Assembly (NCBI GenBank): GCA_964607015.1
Contig: CAZSHN010000001.1
Coordinates: forward strand, 1-58,668
Direction of reading: 5' to 3'
DNA length: 58,668 bases
DNA from: an uncultured Candidatus Saccharibacteria bacterium
Lineage (GTDB): Bacteria > Patescibacteriota > Minisyncoccia > Minisyncoccales > JAGGXC01
A model generated the notes under the pieces. The model saw nothing but the letters and a program-made list of their open reading frames with translations, did no database searches and had not been told where the DNA came from. Every line of letters starts with the position of its first letter. The first letter of the stretch is position 1. Positions 1 to 8,182 of the stretch are shown one piece after another. The translations under genes and the position numbers were made by a program.

Positions 1-1115
1 ACTCTTTCTTCTGATTCATCAGGAGATAAATTAGCCACTTCTGCTAAATAAGAAGCTACTCTGCCGAAATAGAGGCACCTGAGAGCTTCGACAAGCTTAG
101 CATCCTTCTTTGGGTCAAAACAGCAAAGGAAATCATACATTATCTCTGTCCACATCCTTGAATCAATCTTAGGATTATTGTCTTTTTTCATTTCTTCCAA
201 TTTCGCTAATTTATCGCCAGAAAGACATTCTTTGAACCATTTTTTATTCAAATCAAATTCATCCTTGAATAAGTGCTTGAAATTATCATAGGTAGGAACA
301 GAATTTGGTATTTCAATAACCTTCTTTCCTTCAATAACAGGAATCTCTCTTACCTCCTCTACTTTCTTTATCTCTTCCAAATTATCCTTCAATTCTTTAA
401 ACATTGTTTCAACCACTTGAATAAACATCGGGCCTAGATTAGGAGTACTAGGTTTATGAACTTTTCTCCCCAAATCAACCTGACCCAACTTTTCTCCCGA
501 CAAAACAGCATTCAAGCTCATAAAAACATCTATTCCAAACTGATAAGTGGTATCTACCCATTCTTTTTCCATCCAAATATCAACCAACTTATCTGAGAAA
601 GAAAATTCTCCTCCAATTGGTTGACGAATATCTATTCCAAACAATCCATAAAGAAGCGGGTAGACAATATTATTGGTAATAGTTGCATCGTCTTTCTTTC
701 GATTATAGAAAGGAGCGATATAGCCATAACCCGATTCAATCGGCTCTATCATCTTTTTGACCCAAACTGGCCTTATACTTTTCAAATCAGCATCAACAAC
801 TAGCCCAGTCTTTGCTTCTAAATCTTTAAACAAAGAAAAAAGGTTGTAAAAATTCAACCCTTTACCCTTTTTTCCTGGCGAAGAACTTGCGTAAATCAGA
901 GGAATATTTGACTTGGCTCTGAAAAAAGCATCTCTTGTTCCGTCAGGAGAATTATTGTCAACATTGATTATTACACTTTTTTTGTCCGGAAAATACCTTT
1001 CAAGACCTTTAGCAACCTGCTCGACAACAAAACCAATTGTTCGAACTTCATTGTAGGAAGGAATACCTACTATTATTTCTGCTTTTTTAACTTTCTTCGG
1101 ATTAAAAACTTCCAT
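1..1115 (-). CDS. GT-A fold (family-2-like) glycosyltransferase, partial; the C-terminus lies beyond the left window edge
   Basis: Absent from the ORF track because there is no in-window stop. A reverse-strand ATG at 1115..1113 opens an unbroken frame to nt 1: MEVFNPKKVKKAEIIVGIPSYNEVRTIGFVVEQVAKGLERYFPDKKSVIINVDNNSPDGTRDAF... IPSYNE and DNNSPDGT resemble the N-terminal nucleotide-sugar-binding motifs of GT2 enzymes. The + ORF 621..803 is its antisense shadow. Confidence 0.6.
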   Translation of the reverse strand, partial: MEVFNPKKVKKAEIIVGIPSYNEVRTIGFVVEQVAKGLERYFPDKKSVIINVDNNSPDGTRDAFFRAKSNIPLIYASSSPGKKGKGLNFYNLFSLFKDLEAKTGLVVDADLKSIRPVWVKKMIEPIESGYGYIAPFYNRKKDDATITNNIVYPLLYGLFGIDIRQPIGGEFSFSDKLVDIWMEKEWVDTTYQFGIDVFMSLNAVLSGEKLGQVDLGRKVHKPSTPNLGPMFIQVVETMFKELKDNLEEIKKVEEVREIPVIEGKKVIEIPNSVPTYDNFKHLFKDEFDLNKKWFKECLSGDKLAKLEEMKKDNNPKIDSRMWTEIMYDFLCCFDPKKDAKLVEALRCLYFGRVASYLAEVANLSPDESEER

Positions 1116-1119
1116 AAGC

Positions 1120-1362
1120 CTACATCTGCATCATTTTTTCTGCTAATAGTCTTTGGATTCTCTTGATTGCATCATTAAAACAGTCTTTTACAACCTCTTC
1201 CTGTTTTTCTTTCTCCAGTTCACTGTTCAAACTTATTTCTTCTACCTCCATATTTCCGTTCATCTTTATCTTGACTCCTTCCTTCTCTATCTCTATCATT
1301 TCTTTTGCCAGAGAACTTTTAAGTTCTCTGAGTTGCTTCATTTTTTTAAGATTATCAAACAT
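1120..1362 (-). CDS. YbaB/EbfC-like nucleoid-associated protein (short form)
   Basis: 80 aa. It has an N-terminal helical KKMKQLRELKSSLAKE segment, then VKIKMNGNMEVEEISLNSEL and a C-terminal VKDCFNDAIKRIQ helix. This matches the YbaB layout (..VkV..nG...v..i.id ... A.N.A..). The two + ORFs at 1153..1393 are shadows. Confidence 0.55.
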   Translation of the reverse strand: MFDNLKKMKQLRELKSSLAKEMIEIEKEGVKIKMNGNMEVEEISLNSELEKEKQEEVVKDCFNDAIKRIQRLLAEKMMQM

Positions 1363-1396
1363 ATTTTTTTATTATTATTTTCTTTTTAATTAACAA

Positions 1397-1416
1397 ACAT
1401 AAGGAAAACCTTATGT
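1397..1416 (-). terminator. Hairpin downstream of the 1508..1834 gene (weak intrinsic terminator)
   Basis: ACATAAGG-AAAA-CCTTATGT is a perfect 8-bp stem, extendable with one bulge. On the minus strand a T-containing tail (TTTGTT) follows. Confidence 0.4.
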
Positions 1417-1507
1417 TGTTTTGATTCTTTATTTTACTATTTAATTTATTATTTGCAAACTAAAAATTCAAAGAGAGACAGGAAATAAGAAAAGTTATCC
1501 ACAACTA

Positions 1508-1834
1508 CTAATCTTCTTTTTCCTTTTCTTTCTGTGGAAAAGAATAAAGGTCTGGCTTCTTTACAATAATTTTGTAAATGTTTTCTATAAAATCTCCTCC
1601 AGCATATCCAATTATGAAAGATAAGGCAGGACTAAACGCTCCTAGAAAAGTAAATCCTAATTCTCTCACACTAACAGCGGCCAACAAGCCAACAATTCCA
1701 GAAAGAACCATCATGCTTATAAAATAAGGAAGCTTAAATTCAACTTCTTTATAAGAAAACTGGTGCTTAATAAATCCAACCAATCCTCTTATCGCTCCCC
1801 CGCCAAAACCAGCTAAGATAATACCTAGATACAT
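1508..1834 (-). CDS. Small integral membrane protein, unknown function
   Basis: 108 aa with about three hydrophobic, Gly-rich segments (LGIILAGFGGGAIRGLVGF, FISMMVLSGIVGLLAAV, FLGAFSPALSFIIGYAGG) and a charged C-terminal tail. Confidence 0.5.
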   Translation of the reverse strand: MYLGIILAGFGGGAIRGLVGFIKHQFSYKEVEFKLPYFISMMVLSGIVGLLAAVSVRELGFTFLGAFSPALSFIIGYAGGDFIENIYKIIVKKPDLYSFPQKEKEKED

Positions 1835-1847
1835 AAGCGTTTAAAAA

Positions 1848-2291
1848 TTATTTTTCATATTCCTGAAAAGAACCAATATCTAGCTCAAGGTCCATCCACA
1901 ATCCAGTAACTATATAATCTTTTCCTTTCTCTAAAGGATAGCATTCCAAATTAGAAGAATCACCTGAACATTCAACTCTTTTTCCTTCATATACTCCTCC
2001 TATTTCTATTTCTCCTTCTTCTCCTTTTAAAACAAGAGGGGCAGAACAAACCCCTTCTTGACAAACAACGTCTTCACTTGCTTGAGCAATACCCTTAACA
2101 GAAACTTCTCCTCCCATTAATTCTTCATGAGCAAGGAGATAAGAAGGAGTTTTCCAATCAATAGTAACCTCTCCGTTATCTGGTACATTGTTTTTGTCTT
2201 CGTTGTTATTTTTAAAGACAAATAATACTGCTCCGACTAAAACAATCAGAACAATAATTAAAATTATTCGAATAATATTTTTTTTATTCAT
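1848..2291 (-). CDS. Membrane-anchored or secreted hypothetical protein
   Basis: 147 aa. N-terminal signal anchor IIRIILIIVLIVLVGAVLFVF, then a Cys-containing soluble domain. No family recognised. Confidence 0.5.
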   Translation of the reverse strand: MNKKNIIRIILIIVLIVLVGAVLFVFKNNNEDKNNVPDNGEVTIDWKTPSYLLAHEELMGGEVSVKGIAQASEDVVCQEGVCSAPLVLKGEEGEIEIGGVYEGKRVECSGDSSNLECYPLEKGKDYIVTGLWMDLELDIGSFQEYEK

Positions 2292-2306
2292 ATTATATTA
2301 AATTAA

Positions 2307-4310
2307 TTATAATTCTAAATTATTAACTTCTTCCCATCCTTCTTCATTCAAAACAACGATCTCATTATCTCCTATCACATAAAGATAATCGTTAATATAG
2401 ATCGCTCTCCTTGATCTTACTCCGCTCACCACTCTTTCTAGATCAAGGAAATCCTCCTCGTAAGAGAAGACATATCCGCCTTGATTCCCTGGCAAAAAGA
2501 ATACTTCGTGTTTTTTGTCTAACAAGAAAGCATGATGAGTGTTTAATATATCAGACCAATACTCTTTCAAGAGATATTTATCAATTTCCTTTGGATCTTT
2601 AGGAGAGCTAACGTCAAATAAAGATATCTTTACTTGAGAACCTTCCTTCCCTATTCCCAATATCTTGTCCCCAGTAATTGGGTGAAGATAAGAAGAATAA
2701 CCAGGGATCTTTAATTCTCCTTCCATTTTAGGATTCTTAGGATTAGATAAGTCTAAAACGTAAAAAGGATCAATCTGCCTAAAGGTAACCAGATAGCCCA
2801 TGTCCTGGATAAACCTCACTGAATATATTCTTTCAGTAAGACCTAAATCAGTAACAGCCCCTATTGCTTCTAACTTGTCATTAAGAACGTAAACATCGTT
2901 AGCTGAATCCCCTAGCCTGCCAATCATTGACCAACCATCACCAACAGTAACAGCTATTCTCAAATTTCCTTGATATTCATCTAGAGAAAACTGATTAAGA
3001 GGTCTTCCTGGAACATTTCCTGAGGCTGTAATATTGAATTCGTCTAAACCAATTTTCACTATCCCAGTTTTTTCTAATTCTCTTTTGTGTTCTTTGTAAT
3101 AATCATCCATTCGGTTAGTAATATCATTTTCTACCTTTAATCTTTCATCATCATCTAAAGAATTAAAGTAACTGTTAATAATAACCTGGAATTCTGTCAT
3201 CTTTGCTGCATTGCTAATATCGTATCCTTCTAATTTCTCCAATTTTCTGATCACCTGATCGGAAATTATATCACTACATTCTTCTCTAAAGAAATCAGAC
3301 ATAAACTTAACATAATCCCCGTAGTAATAATAAGTTACATAAATTCCCTCCTGAGACATGTAAACCAGTGACTGGCCTGAAGATCCAACAAAAGAAATAC
3401 TTTTCTCAACTTCTCCAGTTGTAGGATTAAGAACAAAAGCATTATAAGTCACGTCAACAGAAACAGGGTCAACTGGATGATAGATGCTATTACATTTAAT
3501 CTCAAAATCAATTCCGTCTATAGCAAGAGGTCTTATCGGGCAAGGATGATAAGTATCAATATTTGTTTTGGTTACAAGATAAATCTTTCCATTATACACT
3601 CTAGCTTCTACCAAAGAAGTTCTTGATTTTAATTCTAAGTCCCATTCTTTCTCTGGAGATTCTGGATTAGAAACGTTATAGCCTAAAACATCTCCTCCGG
3701 AAAATACTATTAGCTTATTATCAACTAAAAGCATCTCTCCGCTCCTATCAATTTCCGAATCAATTTCCAACTCTTCTGGAGGAAAAGCATTTACAAGATT
3801 AATCCCTCCCCTTTGAGAAGGAGCAATCCCTCTTTCTAAAACAGGGTAATAAATTCTTCCGGAAGAAAAATAAATTTCTTTTCCATCTGTTTTTACAATA
3901 TCTGGTTCGTCTATTCCTTCAACTTGAACGTTTGTTCCAGAAACTCTTTCTGGTTCTCCGCCGCCAAGCCCATCGCCATTAATTGATTTCTCTTCCAATG
4001 AAGGGGGTGCCATTACCATATCATCACCAAAGGAGCGACCTCTTGCCGAAGAAATAAAGCCAGATCCGTAAGAAGCGCTATCCATGCTAGCCTCTTGAAG
4101 CCAATTCTTGAAATCTTCCTCAGAAGAAAAACTAGCAATCTCCTCTATTTCACTTGTTGTAAATTGAGGACGATTAATTATATCTCTAACTACTTTAGTT
4201 AGATTTGAAAAATTAAGATTTTCAAACCCAATGAAAACATAAACAGCAATAGCCATTGAGAGAACTATCAAAACCGCTATTGCTATTTTACTATCTATAT
4301 CTTTTCTCAT
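2307..4310 (-). CDS. Secreted/anchored beta-propeller domain protein (COG4880 / Beta_propel-like)
   Basis: 667 aa with an N-terminal TM helix. The motif TNVQVEGIDEPDIVKTDGKEIY matches the hallmark block (TNVQ..GVDE.DiVKtDG.yiY) of the archaeal/Firmicute beta-propeller family. C-terminal blocks (DPFYVLDLSNPKNPK, ELKIPGYSSYLHP, SLFDVSSPKDPKE) also fit. Confidence 0.75.
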   Translation of the reverse strand: MRKDIDSKIAIAVLIVLSMAIAVYVFIGFENLNFSNLTKVVRDIINRPQFTTSEIEEIASFSSEEDFKNWLQEASMDSASYGSGFISSARGRSFGDDMVMAPPSLEEKSINGDGLGGGEPERVSGTNVQVEGIDEPDIVKTDGKEIYFSSGRIYYPVLERGIAPSQRGGINLVNAFPPEELEIDSEIDRSGEMLLVDNKLIVFSGGDVLGYNVSNPESPEKEWDLELKSRTSLVEARVYNGKIYLVTKTNIDTYHPCPIRPLAIDGIDFEIKCNSIYHPVDPVSVDVTYNAFVLNPTTGEVEKSISFVGSSGQSLVYMSQEGIYVTYYYYGDYVKFMSDFFREECSDIISDQVIRKLEKLEGYDISNAAKMTEFQVIINSYFNSLDDDERLKVENDITNRMDDYYKEHKRELEKTGIVKIGLDEFNITASGNVPGRPLNQFSLDEYQGNLRIAVTVGDGWSMIGRLGDSANDVYVLNDKLEAIGAVTDLGLTERIYSVRFIQDMGYLVTFRQIDPFYVLDLSNPKNPKMEGELKIPGYSSYLHPITGDKILGIGKEGSQVKISLFDVSSPKDPKEIDKYLLKEYWSDILNTHHAFLLDKKHEVFFLPGNQGGYVFSYEEDFLDLERVVSGVRSRRAIYINDYLYVIGDNEIVVLNEEGWEEVNNLEL

Positions 4311-4438
4311 ATTTATTTAAAATAATTTTAACCACCTTAAACCTTTTAGATGTTCAAAGAATAAGTTTTTGACTATAATTTCATTTTATCATAACTACCA
4401 GTAAAAAAGAAAAAAGTTATCCAAAGGGTAAAAGGGAC

Positions 4439-4466
4439 TTGACATACTTTTTAAGAAAAATATAAT
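4439..4466 (+). promoter_or_regulatory. Consensus sigma-70-type promoter for the acidic micro-ORF
   Basis: TTGACA (4439..4444), a 16-nt spacer, then TATAAT (4461..4466). Both hexamers are perfect. Confidence 0.55.
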
Positions 4467-4519
4467 TCTGTTAAAGGTCGCTAAATAGAAAATATTTCTT
4501 CTTGAAAAAATAAAAAAAT

Positions 4520-4717
4520 ATGGAAAGAGAATTATATAATTTCTTTTCTTTTGATGAAGAAAATATGGAAGAAAATTTTAACGAAGGAATGGACGAAGAT
4601 TTTGATGACGATGACGACGAAGAAGACGAAGAAGACGAGGAAGAAGATTTTGACGAAGAAGATGAAGACGAAGAAGACGAAGAAGACGAGGAAGAAGATT
4701 TTGACGAAGAAGAGTAA
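4520..4717 (+). CDS. Poly-acidic (D/E-rich) 65-aa protein, unknown function
   Basis: The ATG ORF lies between a perfect promoter and a hairpin terminator. The product is MERELYNFFSFDEENMEENFNEGMDEDFDDDDDEEDEEDEEEDFDEEDEDEEDEEDEEEDFDEEE. There is no obvious SD. Coding status is uncertain, but the flanking signals favour the + strand over the Ser-rich antisense ORF. Confidence 0.45.
   Translation: MERELYNFFSFDEENMEENFNEGMDEDFDDDDDEEDEEDEEEDFDEEDEDEEDEEDEEEDFDEEE
4616..4713 (+). repeat. Perfect 47-nt direct repeat with a 51-nt (17-codon) period inside the acidic ORF
   Basis: gacgaagaagacgaagaagacgaggaagaagattttgacgaagaaga occurs at 4616..4662 and again, identically, at 4667..4713. Confidence 0.9.
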
Positions 4718-4749
4718 TTCACTTTATTTAAAATAAAAGTCTTGAAATA

Positions 4750-4777
4750 AAAAACCCTGCCTAACCGCAGGGTTTTA
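4750..4777. terminator. Bidirectional intrinsic terminator shared by the acidic ORF (+) and the PAS gene (-)
   Basis: AAAAA-CCCTGC-ctaacc-GCAGGG-TTTT. There are A/T runs on both sides, and it sits between convergent genes. Confidence 0.7.
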
Positions 4778-4797
4778 TCTTTATTTATAACAAAAGA

Positions 4798-5361
4798 TTA
4801 TTCTTCTATTTTTTTCTCAAGTTCTTTAATTCTTTCTTTTAATTCAATCATTTTTAACTCTCTTCCTATCATTGCCTGATTTAGTCTTTCCAAATCTTCA
4901 TTTTTCTTCTTTAATATTTCTTCAAAGTTTTTTCTTTCGCTCGTATCTCGAAGTACAGCCACGGTTCCCACGACCTCTCCTTCTTTTACAAGAGGAGATG
5001 CGTGTATTTCAACATTAATCTCTTCCCCGTTCTTCTTTTTCATAACAACTTCGTAAGGAGAAGTTTCTTCTCCTAAGAACCTTTTTGCCAAGCCCTTCAT
5101 TATCTTGGGCAAACTTTTAGGAGAAATCATTCCTTTTAAAGCCAAGTCTTTTATCTTATGACCAACAATTTCTTTTTCCTCGTACCCTCCTATTCTACAC
5201 AAGGCTTCATTCACTCTCACAATCTTCCTTTCCTTGTTTATAAAAACTATTGCATCATTAATACTATTAAAAAGATCTAAAAGGCTTTTAAGTTCATTCT
5301 TAAGCCTTTTAATTTCTTTTTCTTCCAAGCAAATTTTTTCTTCTTTTTTGTTTTTTGCCAT
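4798..5361 (-). CDS. PAS-domain protein flanked by coiled coils (no output domain)
   Basis: 187 aa. LLDLFNSINDAIVFINKERKIVRVNEALCRIGGYEEKEIVGHKIKDL ... GEEINVEIHASPLVKEGEVVGTVAVLRDTSERK is a typical PAS S-box core. The N- and C-terminal segments are heptad-like and K/E-rich. Confidence 0.75.
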   Translation of the reverse strand: MAKNKKEEKICLEEKEIKRLKNELKSLLDLFNSINDAIVFINKERKIVRVNEALCRIGGYEEKEIVGHKIKDLALKGMISPKSLPKIMKGLAKRFLGEETSPYEVVMKKKNGEEINVEIHASPLVKEGEVVGTVAVLRDTSERKNFEEILKKKNEDLERLNQAMIGRELKMIELKERIKELEKKIEE

Positions 5362-5398
5362 TTTTCTATTATATCAAAGAAAATAACGAAAATTAAAG

Positions 5399-6226
5399 TT
5401 AACTCAACAAAGCTTCTGCTTCTTTTCTCAAACTTCTCAATGTTTTTTGGGGAATTCTAGTTTTCTTAGAAAAACTTTTAATATCTATTCCCAAGATATC
5501 TTTTGCCATCATCATTCTTTTCTTGGCAAAAATATTAGCAACGTCGTCCCTAAGAGAAGGAAGGACGGTAATAGGATACATTTTCTTTTCTTCTATTAGA
5601 AGCTCCAGCCCTTTCTTTTTAGGATAACGCCAACCAAGAAGCTCAACTCCGACGCAACCAGAATACTTGGCAGCCTTTTCTGTAAACTTAGAGTTAGTAA
5701 CTAAGATACTTTCTACAGTACTGTCCTTAAAAGCACTTCCTTTTTTAATATCTAGATATCGGGCATAATTCATTAAAGCTACATTTGAATCTACCTTTCC
5801 TGCGGGATCGCTTCTGTACTTACATTCTCCAATAAGGACTACATCTCCTCTTTCAGCTAAAAAATCTATTTCATAACTACAACAATAACCATCTATTATT
5901 TGATTAAGCTTTACTTTAAACCCTCTTGAAGAAAAAACCTGCCCTATATATTTTTCAAAAGGAAATCCAGTCGGACCAAGCTTCTTCATAGCCTCTTTTA
6001 AAGAAAACTTAAGAGCGGGCTTAAGTTCTTTTTCAGACAAAAGCTCTTTTACTCTTTTATATATCTCAGCTGTCTTGATTCCTGGTTTTGCTTCTTTTTC
6101 AATAGTACCCGCTATCTTCTTAGCTAATTCTTTAGAAGCACCAACTCTTTTAGCTGACTCATAAACTTTTTGGAAAGAAAAAGGTTCTTTTTCTCCTCTA
6201 AGATTTATTACGTACAGAGAACTCAT
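5399..6226 (-). CDS. ATP-cone domain fused to a PD-(D/E)xK (Mrr-like) restriction-endonuclease-fold domain
   Basis: 275 aa. The N-terminus VINLRGEKEPFSFQKVYESAKRVGASKELAKKIAGTIEKEAKPGIKTAEIYKRVKELL has the ATP-cone pattern. The centre FEKYIGQVFSSRGFKV...SYEIDFLAERGDVVLIGECKYR has the nuclease-core pattern (D ... E-x-K). Confidence 0.7.
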   Translation of the reverse strand: MSSLYVINLRGEKEPFSFQKVYESAKRVGASKELAKKIAGTIEKEAKPGIKTAEIYKRVKELLSEKELKPALKFSLKEAMKKLGPTGFPFEKYIGQVFSSRGFKVKLNQIIDGYCCSYEIDFLAERGDVVLIGECKYRSDPAGKVDSNVALMNYARYLDIKKGSAFKDSTVESILVTNSKFTEKAAKYSGCVGVELLGWRYPKKKGLELLIEEKKMYPITVLPSLRDDVANIFAKKRMMMAKDILGIDIKSFSKKTRIPQKTLRSLRKEAEALLS

Positions 6227-6447
6227 AGATCAATAATTTCAAAAATTTTATTTCTATTCTTTAAACCTTTAATTATTCTAATTTTATTTTCAGGAATATT
6301 AAAATAATTAGATAAAATAATAAAAAGCTCTTTGTTCGCTCTTCCCTCTTTCGGCTTCTCTTTTATTTTAACTAAAAATTCATCCTCTTCTTTTTTAATT
6401 ATCTCTCTTTTTTTAGATCCAGGAAATACTTTTACTTTGATTAACAT
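6223..6447 (-). CDS. DUF167 (YggU/UPF0235) family protein
   Basis: 74 aa. IKVKVFPGSKKREI...FLVKIKEKPKEGRANKELFIILSNYFNIPENKIRIIKGLKNRNKIFEI matches the family pattern (PgakkdeI...veGkAN.al..fLa....v....i.i..G..sR.K.v.i). It overlaps the downstream gene start by 4 nt. Confidence 0.8.
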   Translation of the reverse strand: MLIKVKVFPGSKKREIIKKEEDEFLVKIKEKPKEGRANKELFIILSNYFNIPENKIRIIKGLKNRNKIFEIIDL

Positions 6448-6450
6448 AAA

Positions 6451-7005
6451 TTAAAGTCCTAAATCATCAGAGATACCCCTCATTGCTTCAAGAGATATTT
6501 TTACGAATTCTTCTAAACTCAATCCGAGATATTCCTCGCATCGAGAAATAACTTCTCGATTAGCTCCTTTGGCAAAAGCTTTTTCTTTGTACCTTTTTAA
6601 AACTGACTCAACTTTAAGATCTTCTAATTTTTTCGAAGGCAAAACTAAGGCCGAAGCAGCAATTAAACCAGTTATCGGATCAGAAACAAATAATGCTTTT
6701 TCAATTAAAGTCTTTGGTTCTATTCCATGCTTGTAATTATGAGTCTTTACCGCAGAAACAACATCTTCGTCAACTCTTAAGTCCTGCAACATGTCTGCCC
6801 CTACATAAGAATGCCTGTCAGGGTCTCTCTTCGTCATTTCACAGTCGATATCATGAACAAGGCCAGCCAACCCCCATTTCTCTTCATCTTTATCAAAATG
6901 ACGAGCAAGAGACCTCATTACCGCTTCTACTGCCAAGCAATGTCTTATTAAATTTTTGCTAAAAATATTTTGTTTAACTAATGCTAAAGCTTCTTCTCTT
7001 CTCAT
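6451..7005 (-). CDS. HD/HDIG-domain metal-dependent phosphohydrolase
   Basis: 184 aa. LIRHCLAVEAVMRSLA ... LAGLVHDIDCE shows the H...HD metal-binding signature. Confidence 0.75.
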   Translation of the reverse strand: MRREEALALVKQNIFSKNLIRHCLAVEAVMRSLARHFDKDEEKWGLAGLVHDIDCEMTKRDPDRHSYVGADMLQDLRVDEDVVSAVKTHNYKHGIEPKTLIEKALFVSDPITGLIAASALVLPSKKLEDLKVESVLKRYKEKAFAKGANREVISRCEEYLGLSLEEFVKISLEAMRGISDDLGL

Positions 7006-7010
7006 AATTA

Positions 7011-7508
7011 TTAATTAGCATATTGAAAATAAAGAGGGGTTCCATTCCAACCAGGGCTATTTGCCTCAAAAACCCCTGTTCCTCCTCCTGGGTCAGGAGA
7101 AGTGTTTGATAAGTTTACTGATTCGTTTGGATTCTCAAGATTAGCATAGATAGCACAATTGTCTCCTGTTCCGTCAACAACATAAATATATTTCGATTCA
7201 GCTTCTGTTCCTGTCTTTGGATCCCGGGGAAGATCAGAAAGATACTTTTCATATTTCGGATTTTCTGCTATCAATTCTTCTGCCAAAGAAACAAGATCAT
7301 ACTCCCCTGCTCCACCATCGGGAAGATAACAAGAATAAGTCAGCACTCTCCCAATTTGAGAGACATCTGTTTTTCTTTTAGAATCTCTTGCTTTAAATCT
7401 CGCACCAGAAAGAGAAACTAAAACAACGCTCGAAATAATTCCAATAATCGCTATTACAATTAATAGCTCGACTAAAGTAAAAGCTTTTTGTTTATTAACA
7501 AAAATCAG
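7011..7508 (-). CDS. Type IV pilin / pseudopilin (prepilin with N-terminal methylation motif)
   Basis: The track ORF (7011..7346) starts at an internal GTG. The frame is open upstream to 7532 and encodes ..NKQKAFTLVELLIVIAIIGIISSVVLVSLSGARFKARDSKRKTDVSQIG.., the canonical class III signal peptide plus hydrophobic helix. That stretch has no ATG/GTG/TTG. The best candidate start is CTG at 7508..7506, which forms a CTGA overlap with the upstream TGA stop. ATT at 7505..7503 is the alternative. Confidence 0.8.
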   Translation of the reverse strand: MIFVNKQKAFTLVELLIVIAIIGIISSVVLVSLSGARFKARDSKRKTDVSQIGRVLTYSCYLPDGGAGEYDLVSLAEELIAENPKYEKYLSDLPRDPKTGTEAESKYIYVVDGTGDNCAIYANLENPNESVNLSNTSPDPGGGTGVFEANSPGWNGTPLYFQYAN

Positions 7509-8170
7509 AGTAATTTAAAATCGTTAATAACTAAACCAAAGTTATAGCCAAGAAATTCTGCTGCTATTCTGCAATAAACCATTCTATCAGTAAAAATCTC
7601 AAAATATTCCATAACTGGAACAAAACCAGTATCAATCTTTAATACCAAGTCAATTCTTTTATTTTTATTATCAACCCTGACTTCACTTTCCTTGGTCGCA
7701 TAATTAACCCTGTCATGAATATCAGATCTAATCTCTTCCATGTCTTCTGTTATTACCCGAGATCTTCTAACATCAGATTTATCCGCCAAGATAGTAACCG
7801 CAGAAACATTATTAGTAAGAGCCATATCTCCTCTATCATGATTAGTTATCGATTGCATAATAATTGCCATCTCTTCTGGTTTAAACTCACCATTAAAAAC
7901 TTGATGAAAAAGAAGAGCTCCTAAATAATTATGATTACTTCTGCTAAGAAAGTTTCCCATGTCATGACAAAAACTAGAAATTGCAGCTAATTCTTTTTCT
8001 CTTTTATTTAACCCAATAGCCTCAGCTATTTCCTGAGCTCTCTCTGTCACAAAATTTGCATGACTTAGACCATGATCTGTAAAGGAAAGAGCTGCCAAAG
8101 CATCTCTGGTCTGCTTAATGAATTCTAATATTTGTTCGTTCTTTTTGACCTCTTCTAATGTAATAGCCAT
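7505..8170 (-). CDS. HD-domain phosphohydrolase
   Basis: 221 aa. HGLSHANFVTERAQEIA ... SSFCHDMGN gives the H...HD motif. Confidence 0.75.
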   Translation of the reverse strand: MAITLEEVKKNEQILEFIKQTRDALAALSFTDHGLSHANFVTERAQEIAEAIGLNKREKELAAISSFCHDMGNFLSRSNHNYLGALLFHQVFNGEFKPEEMAIIMQSITNHDRGDMALTNNVSAVTILADKSDVRRSRVITEDMEEIRSDIHDRVNYATKESEVRVDNKNKRIDLVLKIDTGFVPVMEYFEIFTDRMVYCRIAAEFLGYNFGLVINDFKLL

Positions 8171-8182
8171 TTAAATAAATTA

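Noticed and set aside
1495-1503. A perfect DnaA-box 9-mer, TTATCCACA (plus a one-mismatch TTATCCAAA at 4417..4425)
   Set aside because: These are isolated single boxes about 3 kb apart. There is no cluster, no AT-rich unwinding element pattern, and no dnaA or dnaN nearby. A single 9-mer hit in 58 kb of AT-rich DNA is expected by chance.
4471-4722. An 83-aa poly-serine/lysine ORF on the minus strand
   Set aside because: It is the antisense reading of the GAA/GAC-rich acidic repeat. The consensus promoter (4439..4466) faces the + strand, and no start context supports the minus ORF. I treat it as a shadow ORF.
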